The notes below the pieces were generated by a model. The model ran no database searches, was not told the origin of the DNA, and was given only the letters and a program-made list of their open reading frames with translations. A DNA stretch of 64,000 bases from Promethearchaeota archaeon (GTDB taxonomy: Archaea; Asgardarchaeota; Lokiarchaeia; Sigyniarchaeales; SOKP01). This document shows positions 60,664-64,000 of the stretch, one piece after another (positions within the stretch are counted from its first letter, which is position 1; each line of letters opens with the position of its first letter). The stretch lies in NCBI GenBank assembly GCA_011364925.1, contig RDOA01000015.1:1-64000 (forward strand). The letters are read 5' to 3'. The translations under genes and the position numbers were made by a program.

Positions 60664-61014
60664 TTATTTTACTTGCCCTTCTTCAATTTGAGATATGATT
60701 TCCTCAATATCGATTTTTTGGGAAGATTTAATCTTATATGATTTTGGTGAATATGTACCATTCACTTCCAAAATACCTTCTTTTTCAAGATAATTAAGAG
60801 ATCTCCATATAAAATTAATTTTTGAGCGATTTGAGGCTTTAATGTTATTACATCGTCTTATACTCTTAGTGGTAACTAAGTTGATGTTATTATCAATTAA
60901 TTTATTTATTGCTTCCAACGTCTCCCTCAAATTACTTGAAAAAAAGTCCATAGAAAACTCGCTCATCAAAAAAAGAATTTTACTAATCGGTGTAATTAAT
61001 TTATTCTTAAGCAT
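60664..61014 (-). CDS. Hypothetical protein, possibly winged-helix
   Basis: IWRSLNYLEKEGIL..SPKSY pattern; start uncertain. Confidence 0.6.
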   Translation of the reverse strand: MLKNKLITPISKILFLMSEFSMDFFSSNLRETLEAINKLIDNNINLVTTKSIRRCNNIKASNRSKINFIWRSLNYLEKEGILEVNGTYSPKSYKIKSSQKIDIEEIISQIEEGQVK

Positions 61015-61115
61015 TTAAAAACTTTTTTTCTACGGAAATAAAACAGCTCAAAACATTTATTATGAGATCATTACATACTCTATCCATAATAAAAAGGAAA
61101 ATTAGATTGACATTC

Positions 61116-62714
61116 TTAATGCCGAAAAACTCTCTTACCGCAAAACACTAATGCACAATCTAACTCATTTGCGCGTTTGATGACAGCGTCATCACGAATG
61201 GAACCTCCTGGATTGATGATAGCTTTAGCACCTGCGTTCACAGCTGCTTCTAATCCATCAGGAAATGGAAAGAAAGAATCTGTACCCATCACGGAATTCT
61301 TCAGTTCATTTTCATGTCCAAATTCCAACGCTTTTTGTGCCGCTAATTTGACTACATGTACTCGACTATGTTGTCCAGCACCTATACCAATTGTATAAAT
61401 TCCATTATCATAGTATTGAGCAAAACAAGCAGAATTAGATTTTGTCCATTTCGAGACTCTATAAGCAAAAATTAACGCTTCCTTTTCTTTGCTAGTTACT
61501 TGTTTATTGCTTACAACATTCCATTCTTTAATGATAGGTTTATGGTCATATTCTTGTACTAATATACCACCCAATACCCCCCTGATTTCCAAGTTTTCAT
61601 ATATTAAGTCTCGCTTTTCCAGTAAATCTCCAAATTCAATAATCCTCATATCTTTTTTTTGTCTTAATATCTCTAATGCTTCATTTTCAAATGAAGGAGC
61701 TAAAATAACTTCTACAAATATCTTTTCTTTGTTTACAATGTAATCTGCCGCATTTACCGTAAGTTCTTTGTTTACTCCCCAAATTCCACCGAATGCGGAT
61801 AAGGGATCTGTCTTGAAGGCCTTCTTAATAGACTCTAATTGGTCTGATTTATCTATGGCGATCCCATTTGGACTGGTATGTTTCAAAATTGCCGATATAT
61901 AGGTATCTCGATCGAAATCTAGAAGCATTTGAATACATGCATCAATATCTAAAAAGTTATTGAATGATATTTGTTTTCCTCCTATTTGTTTAAGATCATG
62001 GAGTCCGTATCTACTTGAGAGATCTTTATAATAAGCAGCAGCTTGATCCCAGTTTTCTCCATAACGACAATCTTGAATTTTCTCATATGCATTAAAAAGG
62101 TGGGTTTTCATAAGTTGTCCTGGGTGAAAGTGGTTTTGCAAATAATTCGAAATTGTTGCGTTATAATCAGCCATAATTGTGAAGACTTCTTGAGCTAACA
62201 TTGCTCTCGTTTCGTTTTTAATACCTTTTAATTCTTCTAATTCTTTAATAATTCTATCGTAATACTTGGGGCTTGGCACAACGACAACATCAGGAAAGTT
62301 TTTTGCAGCAGCTCTTATCATTGTAGGACCACCTATATCGATCATTTCCAATGCTTCAGGTAAAGTGATATCTGGCTTAGAAATTGCCTCCTTAAATTGA
62401 TATAAATTACAAACAACCATATCAATAGGTGGAATATTATATTTAAGGGCATCTTCGTAATCCTTGATTAGTTCTCGTCGAAAAAGTATTCCTCCTTCAA
62501 TTTTAGGATGCAATGTCTTGACTCTCCCATCAAACATCTCTGGTGAACCTGTGTAATTAGAGATTTTCTCAAATTTGATATCATTTTTCTCTAAAAGCTT
62601 TCCTGTTCCACCTGTCGATATGACTTCAATTCCAAATTTAGTCAACGACCTAACAAATTCAATAATGTTATTCTTATCAAAGACACTAACAATAGCTCTT
62701 TCTATTTTTTTCAT
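61116..62714 (-). CDS. purH: Bifunctional AICAR transformylase/IMP cyclohydrolase
   Basis: STGGT, GRVKTLHP, IDIGGP, RYGEN, KH, SD/TDSFFPF, PGGS and RVFRH. Confidence 0.96.
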   Translation of the reverse strand: MKKIERAIVSVFDKNNIIEFVRSLTKFGIEVISTGGTGKLLEKNDIKFEKISNYTGSPEMFDGRVKTLHPKIEGGILFRRELIKDYEDALKYNIPPIDMVVCNLYQFKEAISKPDITLPEALEMIDIGGPTMIRAAAKNFPDVVVVPSPKYYDRIIKELEELKGIKNETRAMLAQEVFTIMADYNATISNYLQNHFHPGQLMKTHLFNAYEKIQDCRYGENWDQAAAYYKDLSSRYGLHDLKQIGGKQISFNNFLDIDACIQMLLDFDRDTYISAILKHTSPNGIAIDKSDQLESIKKAFKTDPLSAFGGIWGVNKELTVNAADYIVNKEKIFVEVILAPSFENEALEILRQKKDMRIIEFGDLLEKRDLIYENLEIRGVLGGILVQEYDHKPIIKEWNVVSNKQVTSKEKEALIFAYRVSKWTKSNSACFAQYYDNGIYTIGIGAGQHSRVHVVKLAAQKALEFGHENELKNSVMGTDSFFPFPDGLEAAVNAGAKAIINPGGSIRDDAVIKRANELDCALVFCGKRVFRH

Positions 62715-62865
62715 TGTAGTCTACTCTATTATTATCTAATATTATAAGCAAAATTGACATTATAAAGTAAAGAAGAGTAATGTTTTAAGTTAATTAATAG
62801 GCATTTAATAAAAGTGTATTCTGTTAAGTCTATAATGTTGTAAAAAATTGAAAAATGGATGAACG

Positions 62866-64000
62866 CTAATATCTACTAAGGAGATCGTGAGGTCTACTTT
62901 CACGCTGCCCAACATAAGAGACAATTCCAACTTTTGCCTTCTTCATCTCATCTATACATTTTGCTCCAGCATATATCATACCATTTAAAAGACCTTCCTT
63001 TAAGGAGAGCATCACTCCTTCCATATCACCGACAAAAGGGACATAATCGCTAACACCCTCTGGTAGCATCTTTGAACTTTCAGTGTATCGATCCGAAACA
63101 TATCCAGAGGTCCTCGCTTCTTTAGATCCCATGCCCCTATATATCTTTACTTTTCTACCTTGTATAGTGTCAACATAACCTGGACTTTCTGTTGATCCGG
63201 CAAAGAAATGACCGCTCATAATTAAATCTGCACCAGCAGTAAAGGCTTTAGGTAAATCTCCCGGATTTTTAAATCCGCCATCCGCAATCAAACTAATCTT
63301 GGAATTGTAATCTATTATTGCATCTGCCACTTGAGCTGTCGCAAAGAGAGTAGGAGCACCTACTCCAGTCTGAATGGATGTAGTGCAGATTGATCCCGAA
63401 CCCATTCCAACTTTTATACCAATAAATTTCTCCTTATCAAAATCACCTTTTGAGATAAGGTACTCAGCCGCTTCATAAGTTCCGATATTGCCTAATACAA
63501 AATCAGAATCTAGAAAATCCATAAGTTTTTTAGTACCTTTTATATCAGACACTTTATAAAAGTCTGCTACATCAATAAAGAAGATGTCTACATAATTTTC
63601 GATTTCTTTTAATAATTTTTGGGCGTGTGACGATTCAGGAAATTTTGGAGAAATCGCAAGAGCGCATATCAAATGTCCTTCACTATCCATGGATGCTAAA
63701 GGGAACTCTGGAGCTAAATCTTTTTTAGTAATTAATCCTTTTAAATATCCTTCCTTATCTATAATTGGGAGCTTTTCCTTTCTGGATTCAAAAAGAACAT
63801 CTAACGCTTTTTCTCTGGAAGCTCCAGGTTCGATAGATATGACTTTTTTTGTCATAAAATTCCTTACTTTACCATTATTGATATCATTTTCTGAGAAAGG
63901 GATGTCTCGTTTAGTGAAAATTCCACATACTTTATTTTCATCATTGACAACAACGATGCCGCTAATATTGTAGTTTTCCATCATATATTTTGCTTTTGAA
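62866..64000 (-). CDS. guaB: IMP dehydrogenase with CBS pair, 5' end truncated by window edge
   Basis: KVGMGSGSICTT, IADGG, ESPG, YRGMGS and PEG. Confidence 0.93.
   Translation of the reverse strand, partial: SKAKYMMENYNISGIVVVNDENKVCGIFTKRDIPFSENDINNGKVRNFMTKKVISIEPGASREKALDVLFESRKEKLPIIDKEGYLKGLITKKDLAPEFPLASMDSEGHLICALAISPKFPESSHAQKLLKEIENYVDIFFIDVADFYKVSDIKGTKKLMDFLDSDFVLGNIGTYEAAEYLISKGDFDKEKFIGIKVGMGSGSICTTSIQTGVGAPTLFATAQVADAIIDYNSKISLIADGGFKNPGDLPKAFTAGADLIMSGHFFAGSTESPGYVDTIQGRKVKIYRGMGSKEARTSGYVSDRYTESSKMLPEGVSDYVPFVGDMEGVMLSLKEGLLNGMIYAGAKCIDEMKKAKVGIVSYVGQRESRPHDLLSRY

Noticed and set aside
1-64000. CRISPR arrays, rRNA/tRNA genes, transposases, integrases and reverse transcriptases
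   Set aside because: No regularly spaced repeats, GC-rich structured RNA blocks or matching protein motifs seen by eye; intergenic gaps are short and AT-rich.

Overview
AT-rich (roughly 30% GC by eye), gene-dense archaeal chromosomal segment. The gene content points to an Asgard archaeon, most likely Lokiarchaeia. Archaeal housekeeping genes include the Sm-rpl37e pair, a tRNA splicing endonuclease subunit, a PIN-ATPase, a DUF5814-type helicase, nadA, folD, purH and guaB. Eukaryotic-signature-like genes include a roadblock protein, a diglycine-terminated ubiquitin-like protein, two longin-like proteins, an actin-related protein, a HEAT + UFL1-like protein, a SIRT6-like sirtuin and an LRR protein. 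There are also many acyl-CoA and fermentation enzymes. I saw no rRNA, tRNA, CRISPR array or transposase. The best leads are: (1) a CorA-like two-helix membrane protein fused to an intact ADP-ribose-type Nudix domain, divergent from nadA; (2) an actin-related protein with a double zinc-ribbon insert and altered catalytic residues; (3) a SIRT6-like deacylase next to a CoA-transferase-GNAT fusion and an ACT protein, a possible acylation writer/eraser/sensor module; (4) scattered parts resembling a UFM1/SUMO-like conjugation system; (5) an E1-like gene with no canonical start codon. All family assignments come from motifs recognised by eye; no database search was run.
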